Of a stretch of 64,000 nucleotides of DNA, positions 1-9,712 are shown in pieces. The position numbers and the translations under genes were made by a program. Within the stretch, counting starts at the first letter, position 1. Each line of letters begins with the position of its first letter. Source of the DNA: an uncultured Pseudomonadota bacterium (GTDB lineage Bacteria > Pseudomonadota > Alphaproteobacteria > JACZXZ01); contig CAVVLJ010000004.1 of NCBI GenBank assembly GCA_963749075.1, positions 416,001 to 480,000 of the forward strand. Direction: 5' to 3'. The notes beneath the pieces are model-generated. The model was not told the origin of the DNA and searched no databases. It saw only the letters and a program-made list of their open reading frames with translations.

Positions 1-1079
1 CGGCGTCGCGCCGCCGCGCCTCGGCGAGGCGCCTCCCGGTGCCGTCGCGGATCCAGCGCGCGGCGATCTCGCCCATGAGCGGGGGTGCCATCCACAGCGT
101 CGCACGCACGGCCGCGGCCAAGCGTGGCACGAGCGCCTCCGGGCTCGCGACATATCCCACGCGCAAGCCCGCCGCCATGCATTTCGAGAGGCTCGTCACG
201 TAGATGACGCGCTCGGGAGCAAGTGCCGCCAGCGGCTCGGGCGCGTCTCCGACGAGAAAGCCGTAGATGTCGTCCTCGATGATGGTGAGATCGTGGCGCC
301 GTGCGATCTCGACGACCGCGCGCCGGCGCTCGGCGGGCAACGTCGCCGTCGTCGGATTGTGCAAGGTCGGCATGGTGAAGAGCGCCTTCGGCCGCCCGTC
401 GCGGCAGAGGGCGGCAAGCGCCTCGGGCAACAGCCCGTCGCGGTCGCACGCCACCGCCTGGAGGGCGACGCCGAGGCGCGCCGCGATCGGCTTGATGCCG
501 GGGAAGGTCAGCGCCTCGACGAGCAGCGTGTCGCCCGGCCGCGTCGCCGCCGCGAGCGACACGAGGAGCCCGTGCTGCGCCCCGCAAGTGATGGCGATGC
601 GCTCAGGCGCCGCCGCGACGCGGGCGGCGCCGAGCCACTCGGCCGCGGCCTCGCGCTGGGAGAGGAGGCCCATGTCGCTCTGATAGGCGAGGAGGGCGCC
701 GAGATCGTTCTGCCGCGAGAGATGGGCGAGGGTCGCGGCGAGCTCGCTCGCCGTGCCCCCGAGCGGCGGCCGGTTGAGCGAGAGATCGATGACGCCCGCG
801 CCGGCGGTAGGGGCGGCGAAGCCGTCCTCGGCCGTGCGCGCGCGCACGAAGGTGCCGCGTCCGACCTCGCCGCGCACGAGCCCGCGGCGCTCGGCCTCGA
901 GATAGGCGCGTGAAACCGTGCCGAGCGTGACGCCGAGCCGGAAGGCAAGGGTGCGCTGGGGCGGCAGCCGCGTGCCGGGCTTGAGCAGGCCCGCCTCGAA
1001 CGTCCCGCCCGAGGGCATCGGCAATCGCCAGGTAGCGCGGGCCGGCGCTGCCTTCGAGGCTGGGAAGCCAAATTGTCAT
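1..1079 (-). CDS. MocR/GabR-family GntR regulator with PLP-dependent aminotransferase domain (frameshifted near 1000, runs off the window start)
   Basis: N-terminus MTIWLPSLEGSAGPRYLAIADAL; after a 1-nt shift it continues LLKPGTRLPPQRTLAFRLGVTLGTVSRAYLEAERRGLVRGEVGRGTFV (GntR wHTH); later IIEDDIYG and SLSKCMAAGLRVG aminotransferase motifs. Confidence 0.85.
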
Positions 1080-1143
1080 GGTGACAATATAGCCATTGAC
1101 CGGCCCATTCTGTCAAATATTGTGAGACAATCATAACAATGTC
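1071..1143. promoter_or_regulatory. Probable MocR operator region
   Basis: Inverted repeat ATTGTCA-tgg-TGACAAT overlapping the regulator start, plus further ATTGT/ACAAT half-sites between the divergent genes. Confidence 0.55.
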
Positions 1144-1201
1144 CCGCGGCCTCATGGCCCGGCACGGACGATGACGGCTATTCCGCCATGATGGGCCCGG
1201 C

Positions 1202-2134
1202 ATGATGGAAGAACGCGCCAGCGCGATCGATCCAGGAGCGGCAACGCTGAAGGCCGCGGCGGCATCGCCGCTCCTCGGCGTTTACGCGGCGGCGGCGTTC
1301 TCGACCCTCGTGTGGAGCGCCACGCCGATCTTCACCAAGATCGCGGTGGAGGGCTTCGATCCGCTCCTCGTCGGCGTGCTGCGCAGCGTGCTCTCGGGGC
1401 TCGCCATCCTGCCCGTGGCGCTCGTCGTCCGCTTGCCGCTGCCGCGCACCCGGCAGGACGCTCTCCTCCTCCTCTATACGGCGCTCGGCGGCTTCGTCGT
1501 CCTGCCGATCCTCTTTGCCTTCGGGCTGCGCTACACGACCGCGAGCCACATGGCGCTCATCCTGGTGGTGCAGCCGGTCTTTACGGGCGCCATCGCGGCG
1601 GTCGTCGAGCGGCGCTTCCCCGGCCGGCGCTGGGCGCTCGGCTGCGCCGTGGCGCTGGCGGGCGAGGTGGCGCTCATCGACCTTCGCCTCGGCCTCGATA
1701 CGGCGGGCAGCACCTGGGGCGATTGCCTCATTCTCGCCGGCAGCGTCTCGGCGTCGGCGGGCTATGTCGCGGGCGGGCGGCTCGCGCGCCGCATCGGCAC
1801 CTGGGCCACGACGGTGTGGGGCAATCTTTTGGGCGGCGTCATCATGCTGGTGCCGCTCGCGATCTTCGGCCCCGCCGCGGCGTGGCAGCAGGCGACGCTT
1901 CCCGTGTGGTCCTCGCTCGCCTATCTCGCCGTCTGCTCCTCCATCATCGGCTACAGTGCCTGGTACTGGGCGCTGGGCAAGGGCGGCATCGCGCGCATAG
2001 GTGCCGCACAGTTCGCCATGCCGGTCTTGACCGTGGCCCTCGCGATCCTCTTTCTCGGCGAGCGGCTCACGCTGCCGCTCGTCCTTGCGGCCCTCGTCGT
2101 CCTCGCCGGCGTGTGGCTCGCGCAGCATCGTTGA
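1202..2134 (+). CDS. DMT/EamA family transporter
   Basis: About 10 hydrophobic segments in two EamA-like halves. Confidence 0.9.
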   Translation: MMEERASAIDPGAATLKAAAASPLLGVYAAAAFSTLVWSATPIFTKIAVEGFDPLLVGVLRSVLSGLAILPVALVVRLPLPRTRQDALLLLYTALGGFVVLPILFAFGLRYTTASHMALILVVQPVFTGAIAAVVERRFPGRRWALGCAVALAGEVALIDLRLGLDTAGSTWGDCLILAGSVSASAGYVAGGRLARRIGTWATTVWGNLLGGVIMLVPLAIFGPAAAWQQATLPVWSSLAYLAVCSSIIGYSAWYWALGKGGIARIGAAQFAMPVLTVALAILFLGERLTLPLVLAALVVLAGVWLAQHR

Positions 2135-2147
2135 CGGAGGGAGAGCC

Positions 2148-3131
2148 TTGTTCACGCTCGATCAGCTGGAAACCGCCGCAGCCCTCGTCCATGAGGTGAT
2201 CCCGCCCACGCCGCAGATCTGCTGGCCGCTCCTCTCCGAGCGCGCGGGCGCCGAGGTATGGGTCAAGCACGAGAACCACACGCCGATCGGCGCCTTCAAG
2301 CTGCGCGGCGGCCTCGTCTACATGGCTGGGCTCAAGCGGGAAGAGCCCGGCCTCGCGGGCGTCGTCACGGCGACGCGCGGCAATCACGGCCAGAGCGTCG
2401 CCTTCGCGGCCCGCCGTCACGGCATCAAGGCGGTGATCGTGGTGCCGCATGGCAACAGCGTCGAGAAGAACCGCGCCATGCGGGCGTTCGGCGCCGAGCT
2501 CGTCGAGCACGGCCACGACTTCCAGGCCGCTTACGAACACGCCGTCTCGCTCGCCGAGGCGGAGAGGCTCCACTTGCTGCGCTCGTATCATCCGCGGCTC
2601 GTGCTCGGCGTCGCCACCTACAGCCTCGAGTTCCTCAGGACGGCAGCCGGGCTCGACACGGTCTATGTCCCGATCGGCCTCGGCTCGGGCATCAGCGGCA
2701 TGATCGCGGCGCGCGGCGCGCTCGGCCTCAAGACCAAGATCGTGGGCGTGGTCGCCGAGGCGGCGCCCGCCTACGCGCTCTCCTTCGCGGCGGGAAAGCC
2801 GGTCTCGACCAACTCTGCCGACACCATCGCCGACGGTGTGGCCTGCCGCGTGCCAGTGGCGGAGGCGGTCGCCGTCATCAACCGCGGCGCGGAGCGCATC
2901 GTGCGCGTGAGCGAGGTGGAGATCGCCGCCGCAATGCGGCATTATTTCACCGACACCCACAACGTCGCCGAGGGTGCGGGTGCTGTGCCGCTCGCCGCGC
3001 TCCTCAAGGAGCGCCGGGCGATGGCAGGCAAACGCGTCGGCCTCGTGCTCTCCGGCGGCAACGTCGACCGCGCGCTCTTCGCCCCCATCATCGCGCGCGA
3101 GGACGACGGCGAGGAAGGAGGACGACCGTGA
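2148..3131 (+). CDS. Threonine/serine dehydratase-like PLP enzyme
   Basis: KHENHTPIGAFKLRGG PLP-lysine motif, TRGNHG, PIGLGSG, LSGGN; TTG start after GGAGG. Confidence 0.9.
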   Translation: MFTLDQLETAAALVHEVIPPTPQICWPLLSERAGAEVWVKHENHTPIGAFKLRGGLVYMAGLKREEPGLAGVVTATRGNHGQSVAFAARRHGIKAVIVVPHGNSVEKNRAMRAFGAELVEHGHDFQAAYEHAVSLAEAERLHLLRSYHPRLVLGVATYSLEFLRTAAGLDTVYVPIGLGSGISGMIAARGALGLKTKIVGVVAEAAPAYALSFAAGKPVSTNSADTIADGVACRVPVAEAVAVINRGAERIVRVSEVEIAAAMRHYFTDTHNVAEGAGAVPLAALLKERRAMAGKRVGLVLSGGNVDRALFAPIIAREDDGEEGGRP

Positions 3132-3844
3132 CCGAGGAGCTCTTCCGCCACGACCATTATCTCAAGCGCTGCGAGGCCACGGTCACCGAGGCCGATGCCT
3201 TCGGCATCCGCCTCGACCGCACGGTTTTCTATCCGACGGGCGGCGGCCAGCCGGGCGACAGCGGCACGCTCACGCTCGCCGACGGCCGCGCGCTACGCAT
3301 CGCCGATACGCGCAAGGGGACGGCACCCGGCGAGATCCTGCACAACCCGGAGCCCGGACAGCCGCTGCCTCAGGTGGGCGACAAGGTGACGGCCGAGATC
3401 GATTGGCAGCGCCGCTACCGCCACATGCGGATCCACACCTCGCTGCACCTTCTCTCCGCCGTCATCCCGGCTGGCGTCACCGGCGGGCAGATCGGCGACG
3501 GCAAGGGCCGCCTCGACTTCGACACCCAGGAGGCGCTGGACAAAGACGTGATCGCCGAGAAGATCAACAGGCTCATCGCCGAGGACCATAAGGTCGGCAC
3601 GCGCTGGATCACCGACGAGGAGCTCGCGGCCAATCCCGAGCTCGTGCGCACCATGTCGGTCAAGCCGCCGGTGGGCCAGGGCCGCGTGCGTCTCCTCGAC
3701 ATCGAGGGCGTCGACCTGCAGCCCTGCGGCGGCACCCACGTGGCGCGCACCGGCGAGATCGGCGCCATCGCCGTCACCAAGATCGAGAGCAAGGGCAAGC
3801 ACAACCGCCGCGTCATCGTCGCCTTTGCCGACGAGGCGGGCTGA
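3128..3844 (+). CDS. alaX: Alanyl-tRNA editing protein (AlaX family)
   Basis: FYPTGGGQPGDSG, HTSLHLL and CGGTH zinc motifs; GTG start overlaps upstream stop. Confidence 0.9.
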   Translation: MTEELFRHDHYLKRCEATVTEADAFGIRLDRTVFYPTGGGQPGDSGTLTLADGRALRIADTRKGTAPGEILHNPEPGQPLPQVGDKVTAEIDWQRRYRHMRIHTSLHLLSAVIPAGVTGGQIGDGKGRLDFDTQEALDKDVIAEKINRLIAEDHKVGTRWITDEELAANPELVRTMSVKPPVGQGRVRLLDIEGVDLQPCGGTHVARTGEIGAIAVTKIESKGKHNRRVIVAFADEAG

Positions 3845-3852
3845 GAGGCGCC

Positions 3853-4639
3853 ATGCGCATCCCGCTCTACCAGATCGACGCCTTCGCCTCTCGCCCCTTT
3901 GCGGGCAATCCGGCGGCGGTGTGCCCGCTCGAGCGCTGGCTCGACGACACGACCATGCAGTCGATCGCGACCGAGAACAATCTCTCCGAGACCGCCTTTT
4001 TCGTGAGGCGCGGCGAGGACTTCGATATCCGCTGGTTCACGCCCGTGGCCGAGGTCGACCTCGCCGGCCACCCGACGCTGGCCACGGCCTATGTCATCCT
4101 CGAGATCCTCGAGCCCAGGCGCGAGGGCGTGCGCTTCCATACGCAAAAGTCGGGCGCGCTTTCCGTGACGCGCGCGGGCGACAGGCTCGCGATGGATTTC
4201 CCCGCGCGTCCGCCGGGCAGCCAAGCCCGGCCTTGGCGACGTGGCGGCGGCGCTCGGCGCCGAGCCGCGGGAGGTGCTCGCCGCGCGCGACGGCTTCGCC
4301 GTCTTCGCGAGCGAGGCCGAGGTCGAGGCGCTCAAGCCCGATTTCGCCAAGGTGGCGGGGCTCGACTGCATGGGCCTCATCGCGACGGCGCCGGGCGACG
4401 GCGGCGTCGATTTCGTCTCGCGCTTCTTCGCACCCAAGCACGACATCAACGAGGACCCGGTCACCGGCTCGGCCCACTCGACGCTCATCCCTTATTGGGC
4501 GGCCAAGCTCGGCAAGCGCCGGCTCTTCGCGCGCCAGCTCTCCAAGCGCGGCGGCGAGATCTGGTGCGAGCACCGCGGCGAGCGCGTCGAGATCGCCGGC
4601 CAGTGCGCCCGTTTCATGGAGGGGACGATTACCCTGTGA
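3853..4639 (+). CDS. PhzF family isomerase (frameshifted near 4215-4240)
   Basis: QIDAFASRPFAGNPAAV, NLSETAF, EVDLAGHPTLA in one frame; EDPVTGSAH in the next frame. Confidence 0.85.
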
Positions 4640-5123
4640 GCGCCGTCGGCGACCGTCGTCATCACGGACGCGGAGGGTGCCGCCGAGTCTCGAGCTGGTG
4701 CGCGCGCTCTTCGGCGAATATGCCGACTGGCTCGGCTTCAGCCTCGAGTACCAGGGCTTCGCCGCGGAGCTCGCGGGCCTGCCCGGCAAATACGCGCGGC
4801 CCGCCGGGCGGCTCCTCCTCGCCCGCGTTGCGGACCAGCCCGCCGGCATCGTGGCGCTGCGCCCGCTCGAGCCCGGCATCGCGGAGTTGAAACGCCTCTT
4901 CGTGCGGCCGGCCTTCCGCGGGCAGCGGCTCGGCGAGGCGCTCGTCGAGCGTACGATCGCGGAAGCGCGCGCGGTCGGCTACCAAGCGCTGCGCCTCGAC
5001 ACCATCCGCGGCAAGATGGACGCGGCGATGGCGCTCTATCGGCGCTACGGCTTCGTCGAGGTGCCCGCCTATTACGCGAGCCCGATTGCGGGGACGGCGT
5101 ATCTCGAGCTAAAGCTTGCGTGA
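4636..5123 (+). CDS. GNAT family N-acetyltransferase (5' end apparently frameshifted)
   Basis: ELKRLFVRPAFRGQRLG acetyl-CoA motif; ALYRRYGF. Confidence 0.8.
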
Positions 5124-5129
5124 GCATAT

Positions 5130-5280
5130 CCCCTCTCCTCCTTCAGGAGGAGAGGGTCGGGGTGAGGAGGCGGCTTTGCCAGGCACATCGTTGGCCGCAG
5201 AGTTGCCCAAGCGCTCGGCCTCCTCACCTTCCCATCGCTTTGCGATGGGCCCCTTCCTCTCCTCCTGAAGGAGGAGAGGA
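5130..5280. repeat. Palindromic intergenic repeat, family A copy 1 (REP/CIR-like)
   Basis: Ends CCCTCTCCTCCTTCAGGAGGAGAGGG and CCTCTCCTCCTGAAGGAGGAGAGG; near-identical copy at 42788-42937. Confidence 0.85.
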
Positions 5281-5399
5281 ATAAGTCCTTCATCTTCGAT
5301 TGCCGAAATTCAACCTGAGACACGGCCCCGCAGTCGAGCCCGTGCGCCGAACCCGTTTTGCTGCTATCATCGCCGCGGTCGGCGCGCGGGAGTGGGCAT

Positions 5400-5663
5400 A
5401 TGTCCGAAGTGATTGAGCCACTGATCCTCGATCTCCTCGAGTGGATCGCGGGACGGCCGCGTACCTACGCCGAGGTCATGGAGGCGTGGCGCACCTCCTG
5501 CCCGCGGCTCACGGTGTGGGAAGAGGCCGCCGAGCGCGGCCTGCTCGTCCGCGAGCATGCCGGGGGCAACGGCCGGATCATCCGCCTGACGGCGAATGGT
5601 GAGCGCCTTCTCCGCGAGCAGGGTCGTCTTCCGGCGCAATCGGACGCCTTGCGGGTGTCGTAG
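5400..5663 (+). CDS. Small hypothetical protein (possible winged helix)
   Basis: MSEVIEPLILDLLEWI...YAEVMEAWRTSCPRLTVWEEA; typical codon usage. Confidence 0.7.
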   Translation: MSEVIEPLILDLLEWIAGRPRTYAEVMEAWRTSCPRLTVWEEAAERGLLVREHAGGNGRIIRLTANGERLLREQGRLPAQSDALRVS

Positions 5664-6470
5664 CTACGACTTCCCGCCGCCGCAGTCGGCGTAGCTCGCG
5701 CAGAAATGGTCGAAGCGGACGACGAGCGGCAGGAAGACCACGGAGACGCTGAGCGAGAGGGGTACCAAGCGGCCGTCGCCGGAGAAGGTCGCCTCGGCGG
5801 GGCGGGGTGAATCGTCCGGGTCGCCGTCCTCGCCGCTCGCTCCCTTGAAGCCGGCGATGGGGCGCAACACGAGCTTCAAGCGGACGTCCTTCTTCCCATC
5901 CTCGGCCGGCTCGACCTCGACGGCCACGTCGAAGCGCCTGGCACCGTCATAGACCGGCACCGAGAAGCGGCTGCCCGGAGCCGGCAGCCCGGCGCGCAGC
6001 CTCTCGCGGATGGCGACCACCGCGGAAATGGGATCGAGCACGTTCTGCCGGTAGCGTTCCGCGAGCGGCGGCTTCCTCCGGTTCTCCTCGGCGCTGCGCT
6101 CGGCGACCGTGGCGCCGTCGCGCGCGACGAAGCTCATGCTGACGCGCACGTCGTGCCATTTGCGCAAATCGTAGCGCGCCTCGTAGTGCGAGGGTGCCGC
6201 GGCACCGCCCGTGGCGAAGCGTCCTTCGCTCGCGGCATCGCCGCGGAAGCGCGTGATCCAGCGCGAGAGCCCCTTGGTCTCGATGTGGACCTCGTCGTGG
6301 TAGTGCTCCCCGCTTTGGCTGAACTTGAGCCGCACCTCGGCGGCCGGCAGGCCGGCCCAGCTCGCCCGGTAGAACGCGATGATCTCATCGGCGCGGCCGG
6401 CGCCTGCCCCGGCGGCGCTCGTCGCAGCGAGGGCCAAGGCCGCGAATGCTGTGACTACGGCGCGGCGCAT
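5664..6470 (-). CDS. DUF3108 domain exported protein
   Basis: Signal peptide; LDPISA and VYDGARRFD motifs. Confidence 0.75.
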   Translation of the reverse strand: MRRAVVTAFAALALAATSAAGAGAGRADEIIAFYRASWAGLPAAEVRLKFSQSGEHYHDEVHIETKGLSRWITRFRGDAASEGRFATGGAAAPSHYEARYDLRKWHDVRVSMSFVARDGATVAERSAEENRRKPPLAERYRQNVLDPISAVVAIRERLRAGLPAPGSRFSVPVYDGARRFDVAVEVEPAEDGKKDVRLKLVLRPIAGFKGASGEDGDPDDSPRPAEATFSGDGRLVPLSLSVSVVFLPLVVRFDHFCASYADCGGGKS

Positions 6471-6581
6471 GAGGCATTATGACTCCGATTGCGCGGCGAC
6501 GCGAAATCGCTTCGCCCGGCAGCAGGCTGAGCTATCATGCCGCCCACGCACGCTGTTCGCGAAGGAAATCCGGAGGACGCC

Positions 6582-7641
6582 TTGAGCAAATACAAGATCG
6601 CCGTCATCGCCGGCGACGGCATCGGCAACGAGGTGGTGCCCGAGGGCATCAAGGTGCTCGAGGCCGCCGGGCGCCGCTTCGGCGTCGACTTCGCCTGGCA
6701 GCATTTCCCCTGGAGCTGTGAGTGGTACAAGAAGACCGGGCGCATGATGCCCGAGGACGGCCTCCAGCAGCTCGCGGCGTTCGACGCCATCTATTTGGGC
6801 GCCATCGGCTTCCCGGGCGTGCCCGACCACGTCTCGCTGTGGGAGCTCCTCATCCCCATCCGCCGCGGCTTCCGCCAATACGTCAACCTGCGCCCGGTGC
6901 GGCTTTTGAAGGGCGTCGAGAGTCCCTTGCGCGGGCGTCAGCCCGGCGACATCGATTTCTACATCGTGCGCGAGAACAACGAGGGCGAATATTCCGATGT
7001 GGGCGGGCGCATCTATCCCGGGACGGACGCCGAGATGTGCGTGCAGGAGACCGTCTTCACCCGCAAGGGCGTCGACCGCGTCATGCGCTACGCCTTCGAG
7101 CTTGCGAGCTCGCGCGCCAAGAAGCACCTCACGTCCGCCACCAAGTCGAACGGCATCAAGCACACCATGCCCTATTGGGACGAGCGCTTCAAAGCACTCG
7201 CCGCGGACTATCCCCAAGTGCGCACCGACCAGTTCCACATCGACATCCTCTGCGCGCACTTCGTGCTGCATCCGGACTGGTTCGACGTGGTGGTCGGCAG
7301 CAATCTCTTCGGCGACATCCTCTCCGATCTCGGCCCCGCCGTGACCGGCACCATCGCCATCGCACCCGGCGCCAACATCAACCCGGAGCGCGAGTTCCCC
7401 TCCTGCTTCGAGCCGGTGCACGGCTCCGCACCCGACATTGCCGGGCGCGGCATCGCCAACCCGATCGGCCAGAATCTGGTCGGGCGCCATGATGCTCGAC
7501 CACCTGGGCGAGAAGGCGGCAGGGGCCGCGATCGAGGGCGCCATCGCCAAGGTGCTCGCCGAGAGCGACGTGCGCACCCGCGACATGGGCGGGCAGGCCA
7601 CCACCGCGGAGATGGGCAAGGCCATAGCCTCGGCGCTGTGA
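6582..7641 (+). CDS. ttuC: Tartrate/D-malate dehydrogenase (frameshift near 7473)
   Basis: IAVIAGDGIGNEV, RENNEGEYS, NLFGDILSDL, FEPVHGSAPDIAG; C-terminus IWSGAMMLDHLG in shifted frame. Confidence 0.88.
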
Positions 7642-7843
7642 GCCGCAGGGCCGCTTGACTTGCCGCAATTTTAGGCCGGCGAGTGGCGCATGACTGTGCA
7701 GCGAGCCATGCTATTTCATCAATGGAGTCATCCGCTTAGCGCGCTTGTTGATTGCAAGATAGGCCTTATGTTGCAATGCAATATAAAAGTCGTCGGAACG
7801 AGGGGGGCAGGCGTCCGGTCGAGAGTGATTGAGGAGACCGACC

Positions 7844-8230
7844 ATGTCGACCCGTAGAGTGCAGTTGAACGAGAGCGACTCGCCCGTGGAGTCCCTGGGC
7901 AGCTTCGAGCGTCTGACGCCTCCCTCGATGTTCGACGGCGAGCTGCTCATGAGGGCGGCGCGCCTGGAGCGCGACAGGGCCGTTGCCGGCTTGCTCGTCA
8001 AGCTCGGCCGCCACGTTGCCTGGCTGTGGCGGAAGGCGGTCGCCGAGCCCTTCAAGCGCTGGCTCGAGCGCGAGCGCACGATCCGCGAGCTCTCCTCCCT
8101 GCGCGCGCGCGAGCTTGCCGAGCTCGGCATTGCCCCCGGCATGATCCCCTATGTTGCCGCCGGCAAGGTTACCAACGAGCGCGGCTCGCCGGCCGCCAAC
8201 GAGAACGCACACCCGCGCCGCGCCGCCTGA
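7844..8230 (+). CDS. DUF1127 domain protein
   Basis: RERTIRELSSLRARELAELGIAPGMI matches the DUF1127 pattern; GAGGAG RBS; AANEN...RAA tail. Confidence 0.75.
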   Translation: MSTRRVQLNESDSPVESLGSFERLTPPSMFDGELLMRAARLERDRAVAGLLVKLGRHVAWLWRKAVAEPFKRWLERERTIRELSSLRARELAELGIAPGMIPYVAAGKVTNERGSPAANENAHPRRAA

Positions 8231-8240
8231 GGGGCCTCTA

Positions 8241-8266
8241 GAGGCGGCGGCTTCCGTCGCCGCCTC
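8241..8266 (+). terminator. GC-rich hairpin downstream of DUF1127 gene
   Basis: GAGGCGGCGG-cttc-CGTCGCCGCCTC stem-loop without a U tract. Confidence 0.4.
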
Positions 8267-8311
8267 CGCTGTGCCACCCTCGCCGCTCCATGGGCGATGG
8301 GGGAGGGTGGG

Positions 8312-8761
8312 GTGGCCGAGCGCTATTACGAGGACTTCGCGGTGGGCGAGCGCATGGAGAGTGCGGGCGCCACGCTGAGCGAAGCTCAGATGATCGACTT
8401 CGCACTCGCTTACGACCCCCAGCCCTTCCACATCGACGCGGTCGCGGCCAGGCAGTCGATCTTCGGCGGCCTCGTGGCGAGCGGCCTGCACACCTTGGCA
8501 CTGAGCTGCCGCCTCTTCATCCAGTCGGGCGCCCTCGGCAACGCCAATCTGGGCGGGCCGGGCTTCGACGAGGTGCGCTTCCTGAGGCCGGTGCGGCCGG
8601 GCGATACGCTCAGGGTCGTGGCCGAGGTCGAGGCCATGCGCCCCTCGCGCTCCAAGCCCGACCGCGGCACGCTCTCGCTCAGATACCGCACCTTCAACCA
8701 GCGCGGCGAGGAGGTGCTGAGCTTCGTCTGCCTTCAGATCGTCCGGCGCCGGGCCGTCTGA
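8312..8761 (+). CDS. MaoC family dehydratase
   Basis: YYEDFAVG, YDPQPFHID, ASGLHT, PVRPGDTL. Confidence 0.9.
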   Translation: MAERYYEDFAVGERMESAGATLSEAQMIDFALAYDPQPFHIDAVAARQSIFGGLVASGLHTLALSCRLFIQSGALGNANLGGPGFDEVRFLRPVRPGDTLRVVAEVEAMRPSRSKPDRGTLSLRYRTFNQRGEEVLSFVCLQIVRRRAV

Positions 8762-8767
8762 GATGCC

Positions 8768-9466
8768 TCACGCGGCGAGCGGATAGCCCGGAAACCGGCG
8801 CGCGGCGCCGCCGTAGAGCGCCATCATGCGCTCGCGCCAGTCGAAGATCGCATCGTCGCGCTCGAGAAGCGCATAGGGGCTGATGGCGCGCGCCCAGGCG
8901 AACATGCCGAAGACGATGTGGTCGGCGTAGGCCGGCTCCGCACCCGCCATGAAGGGGCGCTCGCGGAGCTGCGCGCGGATCGGCTCGAGTGCCGCGCGCC
9001 AGGCCGGGAGCACCTTGTCGCGGCCGGCCTGCACGTCCTCAAGCCTGGCGCCGAGGCGCTCCTCGCGCGTCTTGCGGAAATAGGGCTGATCGACGGGCTC
9101 GAGATGCGCCCAGATGTCGGCGACGAGCATGCGCACGAGCAGCGGATGGAGCGCCGTGTCGACGAAGTGATTGACGAAGCGCGCGAGCGCGCGGGCCGAG
9201 GTGCTGCCGAAGAGCGGCGGGCGCTCCGGACAGCGGTCGTCGAGATGGCAGGCGATGTTCCAAGAATCGAAAACGCTCGCTTCGCCGTCGACCATGACGG
9301 GAACGCGCCCCTGGCCGGAGAAGGCGATCTTCTCCTTGTCGGTGAAGTGCCAGGGGCGGAACTCGGCTTCCAGGCCCTTGTGGGCGAGTGCTAAGCGCGT
9401 GCGCCAGCAGTACGGGCTGAAGCGGCGGTCGTCCTTGCCCGCGAGGTCGTAGACCACGATCGCCAT
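8768..9466 (-). CDS. Glutathione S-transferase (LigE/beta-etherase-like)
   Basis: FSPYCWRTRLALAHKGL, VPVMVDG, DSWNIA, YADHIV. Confidence 0.85.
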   Translation of the reverse strand: MAIVVYDLAGKDDRRFSPYCWRTRLALAHKGLEAEFRPWHFTDKEKIAFSGQGRVPVMVDGEASVFDSWNIACHLDDRCPERPPLFGSTSARALARFVNHFVDTALHPLLVRMLVADIWAHLEPVDQPYFRKTREERLGARLEDVQAGRDKVLPAWRAALEPIRAQLRERPFMAGAEPAYADHIVFGMFAWARAISPYALLERDDAIFDWRERMMALYGGAARRFPGYPLAA

Positions 9467-9712
9467 CGGAAGCCCCTCCGCTCGGGCGGTTCAATCGAGC
9501 CCGGCAGCGCGAGGATGGGTGATCCCCACCGGGCGGTCAAGGCGCGCCAGGTTCCGGCGAGAGCAGCACCGTCCGTCCGATTTCCCTTTGGGCATCATGG
9601 TATTACCTTTCGAGCCGTGCTCAGCACCTCGCGTTGACGCAGTGCAGCATAGCCCCTACACTCGCGCCGCCTTGCCAAGCGCCGCGCCACGCAACCAGCG
9701 AAGCAGCCGACC

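Noticed and set aside
9480-9712. Alphaproteobacterial serC leader RNA motif
   Set aside because: I could not recognise the conserved motif by eye; an Rfam scan is needed.
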